Source: Oscillospiraceae bacterium (GTDB taxonomy: Bacteria > Bacillota > Clostridia > Oscillospirales > CAG-272). From it: 56,072 nucleotides of DNA. The notes below the pieces were generated by a model, which saw nothing but the letters and a program-made list of their open reading frames with translations, was not told where the DNA came from and searched no databases. The stretch lies in assembly GCA_015064525.1 (NCBI GenBank), contig SVSC01000001.1, positions 1 to 56,072 on the forward strand, written 5' to 3'. Positions 1 to 8,933 of this stretch are shown here, piece after piece. The translations under genes and the position numbers were made by a program. Numbering within the stretch: position 1 is the first letter of the stretch; each line of letters opens with the position of its first letter.

Positions 1-98
1 GAGGAGGGCTCCGCGCCCTCCACCGCGCCGCCTTTTGAAAAAGGCGGGCGAAAACTTTTCGTCAAAATGATAGTGCTAACCCCTTTGTCAGCAAGCTG
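1..98. repeat. Left copy of a dispersed hairpin-module repeat. It is the perfect reverse complement of 55948..56045.
   Basis: Base-by-base comparison: 1..98 equals the reverse complement of 55948..56045. It contains the hairpin ccgccttttgaaaaaggcgg. The repeat runs off the window edge. Confidence 0.95.
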
Positions 99-172
99 GG
101 GAACCGCCGCGTCAGCGGCGGTTCCGTTGATCTTTCCCGCAATCGGCGGGAGAATGGAGACTGTAAAGCGAT

Positions 173-1447
173 ATGAAAAAAGTGAAAGTCATTCTGATCG
201 GCGCGGGAGACCGCGGAACCACCTATGCCAATCTCGGCGCGGAAAACTGCCCCGAGCTGGAGCTGGTGGGGGTTGCGGATCCCGATCCCGTCAGAAGAAA
301 CTATATCAGAGATAAATTCAACCTTCCCGAGGAGCGTTGTTTCACCACCTGGGAGGATATTCTGGCAATGCCCAAGTGGGCGGATGCCGCCATTATCGCA
401 ACCCAGGATCAGCTGCATTTTGCCCCCGCAATGAGGGCAATCGAATTGGGCTATGAGCTGTTGCTGGAGAAGCCTGTGGCGCCCACCCCCGAGGAATGCC
501 TGCAGATTGCCCGCGCCGCCGAGGCAAAGGGCGTTCGCGTGGTGGTTTGCCACGTTCTGCGGTTCACCCCCTTCTTCCGTCTGCTCAAGCAGCTGATCGA
601 GGAGGATCGGGTTGGAAGGGTTTTGAATATTGTTCACGTGGAGTGTGTTGGCAACGTGCATCAAAGCCACAGCTACGTGCGCGGCAACTGGCGCAACTCG
701 GAAACCAGCACGCCTATGATCCTTGCCAAGTCCTGCCACGATCTTGACATCCTTCAATGGCTGCTGGACGAGCCCTGCACGCGGGTGCAAAGCTTTGGCT
801 CTCTCAGCTATTTCTGCAAGGAGAACAAGCCCGAGGGCGCGCCCGAATATTGCGTCGACGGCTGCCCCGCCGAGCGGGATTGCCCCTACAGCGCCCTCAA
901 GATCTACCGCGACAGAGGATTTCCTCCCTTCTGCCGCACCGCCACCAAGAAGCACGATCCCACCGACGAGGATCTGCTGAAAACCATCCGCGAGAGCAAT
1001 TACGGCAGATGCGTTTTCCAAAGCGACAATAACGTGGTGGATCATCAGGTGGTGAATCTGGAGTATCGCGGCGGCGCCACTGTGTCTTTCAACATGAGCG
1101 CCTTCAACCGCGGCGGCAGAAAGCTCCGTATTATGGGAACCAAGGGCGAGATCACGGCGGAGATGAATCATGATTACGTCACGCTGTTCGATTTTGCCAC
1201 CCGTGAGGAGACGAAGATCGTCATTGCGGACGCCGTGAAGGATGAGAGCATCCGCGGCGGTCACGGCGGCGGTGACAGAGGCATCATCAGAAGCTTCTGC
1301 AAGCTTCTCACCAACTCCTACGAGGGAAATTCCATCACGGACATTTCCACCTCGGTGCTGAATCACCTCACTGCCTTTGCGGCGGAGGAAGCGCGCCTCT
1401 CGGGTGAGACTGTTTGTATGGAAAGCTACGTAAAAAACCTGATCTGA
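173..1447 (+). CDS. Gfo/Idh/MocA family NAD(P)-dependent oxidoreductase
   Basis: 424-aa ORF with an N-terminal Rossmann motif (VILIGAGDRG), the EKP motif (LLLEKPVA) and a family-typical C-terminal domain. The antisense ORF 62..1366 is a low-complexity shadow. Confidence 0.85.
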   Translation: MKKVKVILIGAGDRGTTYANLGAENCPELELVGVADPDPVRRNYIRDKFNLPEERCFTTWEDILAMPKWADAAIIATQDQLHFAPAMRAIELGYELLLEKPVAPTPEECLQIARAAEAKGVRVVVCHVLRFTPFFRLLKQLIEEDRVGRVLNIVHVECVGNVHQSHSYVRGNWRNSETSTPMILAKSCHDLDILQWLLDEPCTRVQSFGSLSYFCKENKPEGAPEYCVDGCPAERDCPYSALKIYRDRGFPPFCRTATKKHDPTDEDLLKTIRESNYGRCVFQSDNNVVDHQVVNLEYRGGATVSFNMSAFNRGGRKLRIMGTKGEITAEMNHDYVTLFDFATREETKIVIADAVKDESIRGGHGGGDRGIIRSFCKLLTNSYEGNSITDISTSVLNHLTAFAAEEARLSGETVCMESYVKNLI

Positions 1448-1453
1448 AAGGAG

Positions 1454-1490
1454 CCCCCCGTTGCGAAAACTCGCAACGGGGGGCGTTTGT
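1454..1490. terminator. Stem-loop terminator between convergent genes
   Basis: 13-bp GC stem (ccccccgttgcga / tcgcaacgggggg) with loop aaac, followed by cgtttgt. It lies between the stop at 1447 (+) and the stop at 1508 (-). The T-tract is weak. Confidence 0.6.
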
Positions 1491-1507
1491 ATATCCGAAA
1501 TGCCTTT

Positions 1508-2272
1508 TCAGAAGGTGATCCGCTCTGCCGAGATCGCTCGGTTGCCATCCAATTCAAACAGCGTGCCGTGGGCGGTGATGGGACCGTCCGCCACGGTGAA
1601 GCGGGCGGGCAAAAGATTGCGAAGGCGCTCCAGAACGCCCTCGGTGGCGCTTCCGATGATACCGCCGTGGGGACCGCACATTCCCAGGTCGGTTTGGTAG
1701 GCGCTTCCCTTGGGAAGAATCTGCTCGTCGGCGGTGGTCACGTGGGTGTGCGTGCCGAAAATCACGTGGATCCTGCCGTCGAACACCCGCGCCATTGCCA
1801 GCTTTTCGCTGGTTGCCTCGGCGTGAAAGTCTAACACAGCGTAGTCGTATTGATTTCTTTCACGGTCCAGAATACGCTGAACGGCGTCAAAGGGGTCGCC
1901 GTAGGTGTCCATGTGGGCTCTGCCGCAGGCGTTGATGCAAAGGATCCTCCAGCCGTCGGCGTTGAAAACAGTGTAGCCCATACCGGGGGCTTGCGGAGGA
2001 AAATTGGCGGGACGGATGATGCAATCGGAGCTGTCCAGCAGGGGATAGAGATCCTTCTGCCCAAAGGCATGGTTGCCCAACGTGATCACGTCGGCACCGC
2101 AATTCAAAAGACGCTGCGCGTCCTTTTGGGAGATTCCGCGGATCTCGGTGGCGTTCTCTCCGTTGGCAATCACAAAATCGGCGCGGTATTGCTTCCGCAC
2201 CTGCCACAAATGCTCCTCCAGGTACGCCAACGCGCGCACGCCAACAACGTCTCCAAGGGCTAAAATTCGCAT
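1508..2272 (-). CDS. ymdB: YmdB-like metallophosphoesterase (2',3'-cyclic-nucleotide phosphodiesterase family)
   Basis: 254 aa. Metallophosphoesterase motifs are present in order: LGDVVG, ANGEN, GNH, DFHAEATSEK, GTHTHV. Length and ends are typical of the YmdB/TIGR00282 type. Confidence 0.85.
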   Translation of the reverse strand: MRILALGDVVGVRALAYLEEHLWQVRKQYRADFVIANGENATEIRGISQKDAQRLLNCGADVITLGNHAFGQKDLYPLLDSSDCIIRPANFPPQAPGMGYTVFNADGWRILCINACGRAHMDTYGDPFDAVQRILDRERNQYDYAVLDFHAEATSEKLAMARVFDGRIHVIFGTHTHVTTADEQILPKGSAYQTDLGMCGPHGGIIGSATEGVLERLRNLLPARFTVADGPITAHGTLFELDGNRAISAERITF

Positions 2273-2371
2273 AGTCTGCCTCTTTCTATCAGAATTGCCA
2301 CCATTATACCATACCGCGCTTTTTTTGTCAAGTATTCCACGGCAACCGCCGCGGGTTTTCTTTGTTTTCTC

Positions 2372-2400
2372 TTGACATCTCGGTTAAAATATGATATAAT
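2372..2400 (+). promoter_or_regulatory. Sigma-A type promoter for the flavin reductase-cysS-gtrA unit
   Basis: TTGACA (2372..2377), 17-nt spacer, TGaTATAAT extended -10 (TATAAT at 2395..2400), 33 nt upstream of the ATG at 2433. Confidence 0.7.
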
Positions 2401-2432
2401 CTTTTAGATATGGAGAGATAGGAGGATGACCG

Positions 2433-3038
2433 ATGGCAAAGATCCAATGGAAGGGCGGCGCGTTGCTGGCGCCTGTGCCTCCCGCGCTGGTGACCTGTGG
2501 GCTCGGTGAGGAGAAAAACGTTCTCACCGTGGCGTGGACGGGGATCGTGAACACCCAACCGCCAAAAACCTATATTTCGGTTCGTCCCTCCCGTCATTCC
2601 CATCGTCTCATCAAGGAGAGCGGCGAGTTTGTGATCAACCTTACCACCGCGGAGCTGGTTCGCGCCGCCGATTGGTGTGGGGTTCACACGGGGAAAAAGG
2701 TGGATAAATTTGAACACTGTCACCTGACTCCCGCACCTGCTACGGCGGTTGGCTGTCCGCTTTTGTCGGAAAGCCCGCTTTCGCTGGAATGCAGGGTTAC
2801 CGATGTAATCTCCTTAGGCTCTCACGATATGTTTCTTGCCGACATTGTTGCCGTTGACGTGGAGGAGACTCTGATCGGCAAAGATGGCAAGCTTCATTTG
2901 GAGCGGGCAAATCTGGCGGCGTACGCCCACGGCGACTACTATGAGCTTGGCAGGCGGCTGGGTAGCTTCGGCTTTGCCGTTGCCAAAAAGAAGAAGCATC
3001 CGTCGCGGCAAAAGGGCGGAGCAAATCAGAAAAAGTAA
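2433..3038 (+). CDS. Flavin reductase family protein (FMN-binding split barrel)
   Basis: 201 aa. Typical N-terminus (LAPVPPALVTCG..NVLTVAWTG) and family length. RBS ggagg lies 7 nt upstream. Lys-rich C-terminal tail. Confidence 0.8.
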   Translation: MAKIQWKGGALLAPVPPALVTCGLGEEKNVLTVAWTGIVNTQPPKTYISVRPSRHSHRLIKESGEFVINLTTAELVRAADWCGVHTGKKVDKFEHCHLTPAPATAVGCPLLSESPLSLECRVTDVISLGSHDMFLADIVAVDVEETLIGKDGKLHLERANLAAYAHGDYYELGRRLGSFGFAVAKKKKHPSRQKGGANQKK

Positions 3039-3080
3039 TTTGTTTAACGGAGGTTTTCCGTTTGGAAAGGATCTTTCGGT

Positions 3081-4502
3081 ATGCAGCTTTATAATTCACT
3101 ATCACACACCAAGGAGGAATTCGTTCCTCATGAGGCGGGCAAGGTGTCCATGTACACCTGCGGCCCCACCGTTTATCACTATGCCCATATCGGCAACCTC
3201 CGCACCTACATCATGGAGGATATTCTGGACCGCTACCTGCGCTATGCGGGCTATGAGGTCACCCGCGTGATGAACATTACCGACGTGGGACATCTCACCT
3301 CCGATGCCGACAGCGGCGAGGATAAGATGCTCAAGGGTGCCAGACGGGAAAAAAAGACCGTGATGGAGATCGCGGAGTACTACACCAAGTGCTTCTTTGA
3401 GGATTGCGAAAAGCTCAACATTCGCCGCCCCGAGGTGGTTCAGCCCGCAACGGGATGCATTGATGACTTCATCAAGGTGATCTCCTCCCTTCTGGAGAAG
3501 GGCTTTGCCTACGAGGCGGGCGGAAATATCTACTTCGACACCTCCAAGCTGAAGCAGTACTACGTGTTCCACAATTTCGAGGAGGAGGATCTTGCCGTTG
3601 GCGTTCGCGAGGGCGTTGAGGAGGACGGAAACAAGCGCAATAAGGCAGATTTCGTTCTGTGGTTTACCAAGTCCAAATTCGACGATCAGGAGCTGAAATG
3701 GGAGAGCCCTTGGGGTGTTGGTTACCCCGGCTGGCATATTGAATGCTCCTGCATCAGCATGAAAAATCTGGGAGAGTATCTGGATATCCATTGCGGCGGA
3801 ATTGATAACGCCTTCCCTCACCACACCAACGAAATTGCCCAGTCTGAGGCGTATTTGGGTCACAAGTGGTGCAACTACTGGTTCCACGTGCTGCATCTCA
3901 ACACCAATTCGGGAAAAATGAGCAAGTCCAAGGGAGAATTCCTCACCGTTTCTCTGCTGGAGTCCAAGGGATATGACCCGATGGTTTATCGGATGTTCTG
4001 CCTCCAATCCCACTATCGGAAGTCTCTTGTTTTCTCTTGGGAGAATCTGGACAACATGAAGGTTGCCTACAACAAGCTGGTTGCCAAGATCGCCACCCTC
4101 AAGGACGGTGACGCGGTGGATCGGGCGGTATTTGAGGAGCAGAGAGCCGGCTTTGTGAAGGCTTTGGACAACGATCTGAACACCTCCCTTGCGGTGACCG
4201 CTATCTACGATGCCCTCAAGGCAAAAACCAACGACGCCACCAAGCTGGCGCTGATCCGCGAATACGATAAGGTGCTGTGCCTGAATCTCATTGAGGCGGC
4301 GGAGCAGCTGAAGGGGCAGGAAAAGGCTCCCGCTGCCGATGGCGAGCTGGTTGCAAAGATTGAGGCGATGATCGAGGCGCGTCGCGCTGCCAAGCAGGCA
4401 AAGAATTATGCCGAGGCAGACCGCATTCGCGGGGAGCTTTCCGCCATGGGTGTCACCCTGATCGACACCAAGGAAGGTACCACCTACAAGATTGAAGGCT
4501 GA
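3081..4502 (+). CDS. cysS: Cysteine--tRNA ligase
   Basis: 473 aa. Class I HIGH motif (HIGNLRTY), KMSKS motif (KMSKSKG), and CysRS-typical MYTCGPTVY and WHIECS. Confidence 0.97.
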   Translation: MQLYNSLSHTKEEFVPHEAGKVSMYTCGPTVYHYAHIGNLRTYIMEDILDRYLRYAGYEVTRVMNITDVGHLTSDADSGEDKMLKGARREKKTVMEIAEYYTKCFFEDCEKLNIRRPEVVQPATGCIDDFIKVISSLLEKGFAYEAGGNIYFDTSKLKQYYVFHNFEEEDLAVGVREGVEEDGNKRNKADFVLWFTKSKFDDQELKWESPWGVGYPGWHIECSCISMKNLGEYLDIHCGGIDNAFPHHTNEIAQSEAYLGHKWCNYWFHVLHLNTNSGKMSKSKGEFLTVSLLESKGYDPMVYRMFCLQSHYRKSLVFSWENLDNMKVAYNKLVAKIATLKDGDAVDRAVFEEQRAGFVKALDNDLNTSLAVTAIYDALKAKTNDATKLALIREYDKVLCLNLIEAAEQLKGQEKAPAADGELVAKIEAMIEARRAAKQAKNYAEADRIRGELSAMGVTLIDTKEGTTYKIEG

Positions 4503-4506
4503 TCCC

Positions 4507-4956
4507 ATGTTGGAAAAGCTGAAAACTCTGTACGCAAAATACAAGGAGCCCTTGCTCTACCTGATTTTCGGGGGCTTGACCACCGCCATTGATTGGGCGA
4601 TCAGCTTTCTGCTCTACTACTTCTGGATCGACGCCACGCAGGCGCCCGACGGAATGATCCACGTGGCGGACGCCATTGCCTGGGCGGCGGCGGTGACCTT
4701 TGCCTTTATCACCAATCGCATCTGGGTGTTTGAGAGCAAGAAGCGGGGCTGGATTCCGATCCTTGGGGAGCTTGTGGGCTTTGCGGGGGGAAGAGTTGCC
4801 ACCTTTTTGGTGCAGGAGGGGATCCTTCTCGTCTTTGTCACCTGGCTGGGCCTCAATAAGTATCTCTTCCGAATCCTCACGGCGGTGCTTGTGATCGTGC
4901 TGAACTATTTCATCAGTAAGCTGTTTGTTTTTCGAAAGAAGGACAACAACACTTGA
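4507..4956 (+). CDS. GtrA family membrane protein
   Basis: About 149 aa with 4 predicted TM segments. GtrA-like motifs NRIWVF and ISKLFVF. ATG at 4507 with gaagg 8 nt upstream. The track start at 4492 is a TTG inside the cysS 3' end. Confidence 0.75.
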   Translation: MLEKLKTLYAKYKEPLLYLIFGGLTTAIDWAISFLLYYFWIDATQAPDGMIHVADAIAWAAAVTFAFITNRIWVFESKKRGWIPILGELVGFAGGRVATFLVQEGILLVFVTWLGLNKYLFRILTAVLVIVLNYFISKLFVFRKKDNNT

Positions 4957-4961
4957 ACCTG

Positions 4962-4992
4962 GGCGGCGTGCCAAAGCACGCCGCCGTTTTTA
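4962..4992 (+). terminator. Rho-independent terminator after gtrA
   Basis: ggcggcgtgc / gcacgccgcc 10-bp stem, loop caaa, followed by gttttta. Confidence 0.8.
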
Positions 4993-5075
4993 TGGGTTGT
5001 TTCAATAATAAAATCAATTCTTATTTCAAAATAAAAATAAGAATAACACCCGAAAAAGCAAAATTTATGCTTATT

Positions 5076-6221
5076 TTATTTCATAGTGATCTCCTTTAGC
5101 GCTTTCCAAACCGCGTCGGCATCGGATCGTTCGGAGCGATATCCGGGGCTGATCCGTACCGCTCCGTCGGCAACGGTGCCAAGGGTTCTGTGGGCGAGAG
5201 CGGCGCAATGAAAGCCTGCGCGAACGCAGATTCCGCGGCGATCCAGCTCCTGCCCCAGGATCTCGGAGGGGATGCGGGGGGCGTGGAGCAAAAGGATACT
5301 CCCCTTGAGGTGGGGGCAGATCACCCGAATATTTCGCAGGTCGGCAAGTCGCTCCTCCAAAAGGCGATTGAAGTGAGCTTCCGTTTTTGCAATGTTGTCC
5401 TGTCCAATGCTTCGTACCGTGCGAATTCCCGCGCAAAGCCCCGCAATGGCGGGGGTGGCGGGAGTGCCGGCTTCATATCTCTCGGGAGGATCCTCCGGCA
5501 TGGCTTCATCCAGTGAATGCACGCCGCTTCCGCCCTCCATTAGCGTGTCGGCGCGTATTCCGTCTCCAAGCAGCAGAAATCCGCTGCCCTGCAAGCCGAA
5601 AAGCCCCTTATGCCCCGGCGCGCAAAGCGCGTGAATTCCCATGTCCTCCAGGCGAATGACCTCTCGCCCTGCCGATTGGGCGGCGTCCACCACAAATAAC
5701 AGTCCGCGACGGCGGCAGAGCGCGCCGATCTCTCGGATCGGCATGAGGGCAGAGCAGATGTTGGAGGCGTGGGTGCAGACCACCATGCGGGTGTTTGGTC
5801 GGAGCATGGCTTCAATGCCTTGGCAAATTGCCTCGGCGGTTCGGTCGGGGCGGAGGGCAAGGGAAGGGAAGAGATCGTAGGTGATGCGTCCCTCCCGCGC
5901 CAGCCGACAGATCGGACGCCAAACGGCGTTATGCTCCAGATCCGAGATCAGAACGTGATCGCCCTGCCGTAAAAGTCCCTTGAGGGCGAGATTGATCGCC
6001 GCCGTGGCGTTGGGGGTGAAGATGACGTTTTCGGGATGGCGACTGCCAAACAGTGCGGCGATCTCCTCCCTGCATTCGTACAGTCTCTCCGCCGCCAGCA
6101 TAGAAAGACGGTGCCCCCCCCGACCGGGATTGCCGCCCTCTCGTCGCAGGCAATGCAGAACCGCCTCGGTTACGGCGGCGGGCTTGGGAAAGGAGGTGGC
6201 GGCGTTGTCTAAATAGATCAT
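5076..6221 (-). CDS. Class V aminotransferase / cysteine desulfurase family protein
   Basis: 381 aa. IYLDNAATSFP N-terminus and PLP-lysine region APGHKGLFG. Overall NifS/CsdA-like pattern. Confidence 0.85.
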   Translation of the reverse strand: MIYLDNAATSFPKPAAVTEAVLHCLRREGGNPGRGGHRLSMLAAERLYECREEIAALFGSRHPENVIFTPNATAAINLALKGLLRQGDHVLISDLEHNAVWRPICRLAREGRITYDLFPSLALRPDRTAEAICQGIEAMLRPNTRMVVCTHASNICSALMPIREIGALCRRRGLLFVVDAAQSAGREVIRLEDMGIHALCAPGHKGLFGLQGSGFLLLGDGIRADTLMEGGSGVHSLDEAMPEDPPERYEAGTPATPAIAGLCAGIRTVRSIGQDNIAKTEAHFNRLLEERLADLRNIRVICPHLKGSILLLHAPRIPSEILGQELDRRGICVRAGFHCAALAHRTLGTVADGAVRISPGYRSERSDADAVWKALKEITMK

Positions 6222-6454
6222 CCGTCACCCCCTCGGATGCGGATCCCCCCGCGTCGGAGCAACTCTCGCGCCTCATCCGCCTGCTGGCAGGGGTAGGTGA
6301 CGGCATAAGCGCAGCCCCTTCCCGTTTCCTTGGGGCTTGCCTTGATCACCCGCGCCATCACTTTGCCTCCAACCAGCAAACGCTGCGCTCGCATGGCTTG
6401 CGTCACAGATCCGATCACCGCGTTGCAGGTGCCGGGTGTGCCTTGGTTTTGCAT
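6218..6454 (-). CDS. DUF3343-type small protein (putative S/Se carrier-like)
   Basis: 78 aa with RBS aaggag. Its stop overlaps the desulfurase start by 4 nt. Size and the RAQRLL..GG..ARVI..P pattern resemble DUF3343 proteins often paired with desulfurases. Confidence 0.6.
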   Translation of the reverse strand: MQNQGTPGTCNAVIGSVTQAMRAQRLLVGGKVMARVIKASPKETGRGCAYAVTYPCQQADEARELLRRGGIRIRGGDG

Positions 6455-6575
6455 GGTTCACACTCCTTTCATCGCTTTTTGGGGGAGACGCTCCCCCTTG
6501 CACAGGATATGCGCGATTCTGCCTGCGCGCCTATTCTTTTTGTCGATTTGCCCGATCGAAACACGAAAAAAGACG

Positions 6576-6623
6576 AAAAAAACCTGCCGAGGGGACTCTT
6601 GCGGAGAAGGTCCTCTCGGCAGG
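6576..6623 (-). terminator. Rho-independent terminator of nth
   Basis: On the minus strand: cctgccgag...ctcggcagg stem (9 bp plus an extension) followed by a run of 7 T, just downstream of the nth stop at 6633. Confidence 0.8.
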
Positions 6624-6632
6624 CTCTTGACT

Positions 6633-7301
6633 TCAGCTTGCGTCTTGTTTTTTTCCATGCTCACAGAGATCGCGGAGCGGGCAGGCTTGGCAGGCGGGAT
6701 TACGGGCGGCGCAAACGTCTCGCCCGAATTGAACGATGCGGTGGCAGAAGTCGCAACGAAGCTCCTGCGGGAGGAGAGAATCCATGATCCGTTCCACCCG
6801 AACGGGATCCTTCAGACTCTCGGGATACATTCCGAAGCGACCGCAGATGCGGATGCAATGGGTGTCGGCAACGGTGCCTCCCTTGCCGTAAAGATCGCCT
6901 AAAAGAAGGTTCGCCACCTTGCGCCCAACGCCCGGGAATTTTAAAAGCTCCTCCATGGTTTCGGGAAGGATGCCGCCGTAGTCCTCTGTCAGCATACGGG
7001 AGGCATCGCGGATGCTTTTTGCCTTTACCCGAAAGAGTCCGCAGGGGCGCACCAGCTCCTCAATTTCGGAAAGCTCGCCCGCGGCAAGAGCGGCGGGGGT
7101 GGGGTAGCGGGCAAACAGCTCGCGGCAAACGGTATTCACGCGGGCATCGGTGCATTGTGCCGACAGCCGCCCCATGATCAACAGCCTCCAAGGGTCGCCC
7201 TGCCATTCCAACGCGCAGAGCGCTTCGGGGTATATTTCTGCCAGCCGTTGGCTGATCTCAAGGATTCTTTCGCGTTTTTCGGGCTCTGTCATGCAGGTCA
7301 C
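6633..7301 (-). CDS. nth: Endonuclease III
   Basis: 222 aa. HhH-GPD motif (FPGVGRKVANLLL), catalytic region, and the C-terminal 4Fe-4S loop C-x6-C-x2-C-x5-C (CAARNPACQACPLRDLC). Confidence 0.9.
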   Translation of the reverse strand: MTCMTEPEKRERILEISQRLAEIYPEALCALEWQGDPWRLLIMGRLSAQCTDARVNTVCRELFARYPTPAALAAGELSEIEELVRPCGLFRVKAKSIRDASRMLTEDYGGILPETMEELLKFPGVGRKVANLLLGDLYGKGGTVADTHCIRICGRFGMYPESLKDPVRVERIMDSLLPQELRCDFCHRIVQFGRDVCAARNPACQACPLRDLCEHGKKQDAS

Positions 7302-7396
7302 TCCTTTGTTTTTTTCAAGGTGCTTTTATTATAGCAATTCCGGCGAAAAATGTCAATCCTTTGACAATAAAAACGTCAATTTTTTGACAATTCGAG

Positions 7397-7412
7397 TGTG
7401 ATATTTTTCACA
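7397..7412. promoter_or_regulatory. TGTGA-N6-TCACA palindrome (candidate Rex- or CRP/FNR-type operator) upstream of rnf
   Basis: gTGTGAtattttTCACAa is a perfect 5+5 palindrome in the nth/rnfC divergent intergenic region, about 65 nt upstream of the rnf -35. Confidence 0.35.
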
Positions 7413-7476
7413 ATCGAAAAAGACCAAAAAAACGCCGAAAAAGGGCTTTTTTTCAATACGTAATTGAGAAAAACGA

Positions 7477-7505
7477 TTGACAAAGCAGGAAAATTATATT
7501 ATAAT
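7477..7505 (+). promoter_or_regulatory. Sigma-A type promoter of the rnf operon
   Basis: TTGACA (7477..7482), 17-nt spacer, TATAAT (7500..7505). It lies inside the track's TTG-extended rnfC ORF, which argues for the downstream ATG. Confidence 0.7.
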
Positions 7506-7553
7506 GAGTGTAAGATCATCACTCCGAGCAGATCGGAGGAAAGGACTGAAAGC

Positions 7554-8921
7554 ATGAAAAAATTTACCTTTCGGAGAGGAACGCATCTGAGAGAGCATAA
7601 GGACACCGCGCTGATTCCCACCGAGCGCCTGCCCGAGCCCGCCTTTGTTTCCCTTCGTATGTCACAGCACATCGGCGCTCACGCAACGCCGGTCGTGAAG
7701 GTGGGAGACTACGTGAAGATCGGTCAGGTGGTGGGGGAAGTGACCCAGGGCTTGGGCTGTCCCATCCACGCCAGCATTTCGGGAACGGTGAAGGAGATCA
7801 TCTCCCGCAGAAACGCAACGGGTACCGTAATTCAGAACGTGGTAATCGAGAACGACGGCAAGCGCGCCCTGCATGAATCGGTGATCCGACGGGAGGGAAC
7901 GCTGGCGGAAAGCACTACGGAGGAGATCATTGAGGTGGTGCGGCGCGCGGGAATCAGCGGTCTCGGAGGAGCAACCTTCCCAACCTATGCCAAGCTGCAA
8001 AGTGCCGTTGGCAAGGTGGACACCGTGATTATCAACTGCGCCGAGTGTGAGCCCTACCTCACCGCCAACCATCGCCTGCTTCTGGAGCGCGGCGAAATTG
8101 TGGTATCGGGGCTGGAGGTTGTGATGCACGCCTTGGGCGTAACGAAGGGAATCCTTGCCGTAGAGGATAACAAGGAGGATGCCATTGCGCTTCTGGAGGA
8201 GATTCTTGCCAAGCGCACGCCCTTCCGTCCCGACGCCGACATCCGCGTTTGCGTGATGAAAACCAAATATCCTCAGGGCGACGAGCGCCAGCTGGTTTAC
8301 GCCCTGATGAAGAAGGAGATCCCTGCGGGAAAGCTCCCCGCGGACATCGGCGTGGTGATCATCAACGCCGAAACCTCCGCCGCGATCTCCCGCGCCTTTT
8401 GGAGAGGCGTACCGCTGGTGAGCAGAATCGTGACGGTAACGGGCGACTGTGTGGTGAACCCCAGAAACGTTCGCGCTCCCATCGGCGCTTCGGTGCAGGA
8501 TTTGATCAATTTCTGCGGTGGCTTGAAGGAAACGCCCAAAAAAATGGTTTCGGGAGGCCCCATGATGGGAACCGCCCTGTGGGATCCGGAAACCCCCGTT
8601 TCCAAGGGAATGTCGGGGCTGTTGGTGTTCTCCGAGGAGCATGATCGGGTGAACACCTACCACACCAACTGTATTCATTGCGGCAGATGCGTGAGCCATT
8701 GCCCCATGCACCTCATGCCCTATTACCTGGCGCTCTATGCCAAGTCCAGAAACTACGATAAGGCGGAGCAAATGGATGCCATGAGCTGCGTGGAATGCGG
8801 CACGTGTACGTATAATTGCCCTGCGGGCGTGGAGATCGTGCAATACATCCGCGTGGCAAAGGGCAATATTCGCGCCAAGGCGGCAGCGCTGCGGGCGGCA
8901 AAAGAGCAACAGCAGAAGTAA
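7554..8921 (+). CDS. rnfC: Rnf electron-transport complex subunit C
   Basis: ATG at 7554 preceded by ggaggaaagga. MKKFTFRRGTH N-terminus typical of RnfC. Two ferredoxin motifs (CIHCGRCVSHCP, CVECGTCTYNCP). Confidence 0.92.
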   Translation: MKKFTFRRGTHLREHKDTALIPTERLPEPAFVSLRMSQHIGAHATPVVKVGDYVKIGQVVGEVTQGLGCPIHASISGTVKEIISRRNATGTVIQNVVIENDGKRALHESVIRREGTLAESTTEEIIEVVRRAGISGLGGATFPTYAKLQSAVGKVDTVIINCAECEPYLTANHRLLLERGEIVVSGLEVVMHALGVTKGILAVEDNKEDAIALLEEILAKRTPFRPDADIRVCVMKTKYPQGDERQLVYALMKKEIPAGKLPADIGVVIINAETSAAISRAFWRGVPLVSRIVTVTGDCVVNPRNVRAPIGASVQDLINFCGGLKETPKKMVSGGPMMGTALWDPETPVSKGMSGLLVFSEEHDRVNTYHTNCIHCGRCVSHCPMHLMPYYLALYAKSRNYDKAEQMDAMSCVECGTCTYNCPAGVEIVQYIRVAKGNIRAKAAALRAAKEQQQK

Positions 8922-8933
8922 GGAGAGAAACAA

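Noticed and set aside
3039-3080. Looked for a T-box leader or attenuator in front of cysS.
   Set aside because: Only 42 nt separate cysS from the upstream flavin reductase gene, which is too short for a T-box. cysS appears co-transcribed from the promoter at 2372.
5000-5075. AT-rich hairpin (ttcttattt...aaataagaa) downstream of the desulfurase gene, considered as a minus-strand terminator.
   Set aside because: The stem is all A/T and weak, and the T-tract context is ambiguous in an AT-rich spacer. Support is not enough to list it as a feature.
7464-7553. Track start (TTG at 7464) for rnfC. Similarly extended starts occur at 14428, 34183, 42875, 48651, 50216, 52985, 52435 and 55912.
   Set aside because: The extensions run through predicted -35/-10 boxes or the preceding gene and lack an RBS. 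Internal ATG or GTG codons with good Shine-Dalgarno spacing give N-termini typical of the families (signal peptides, MKKFTFRRGTH and so on).
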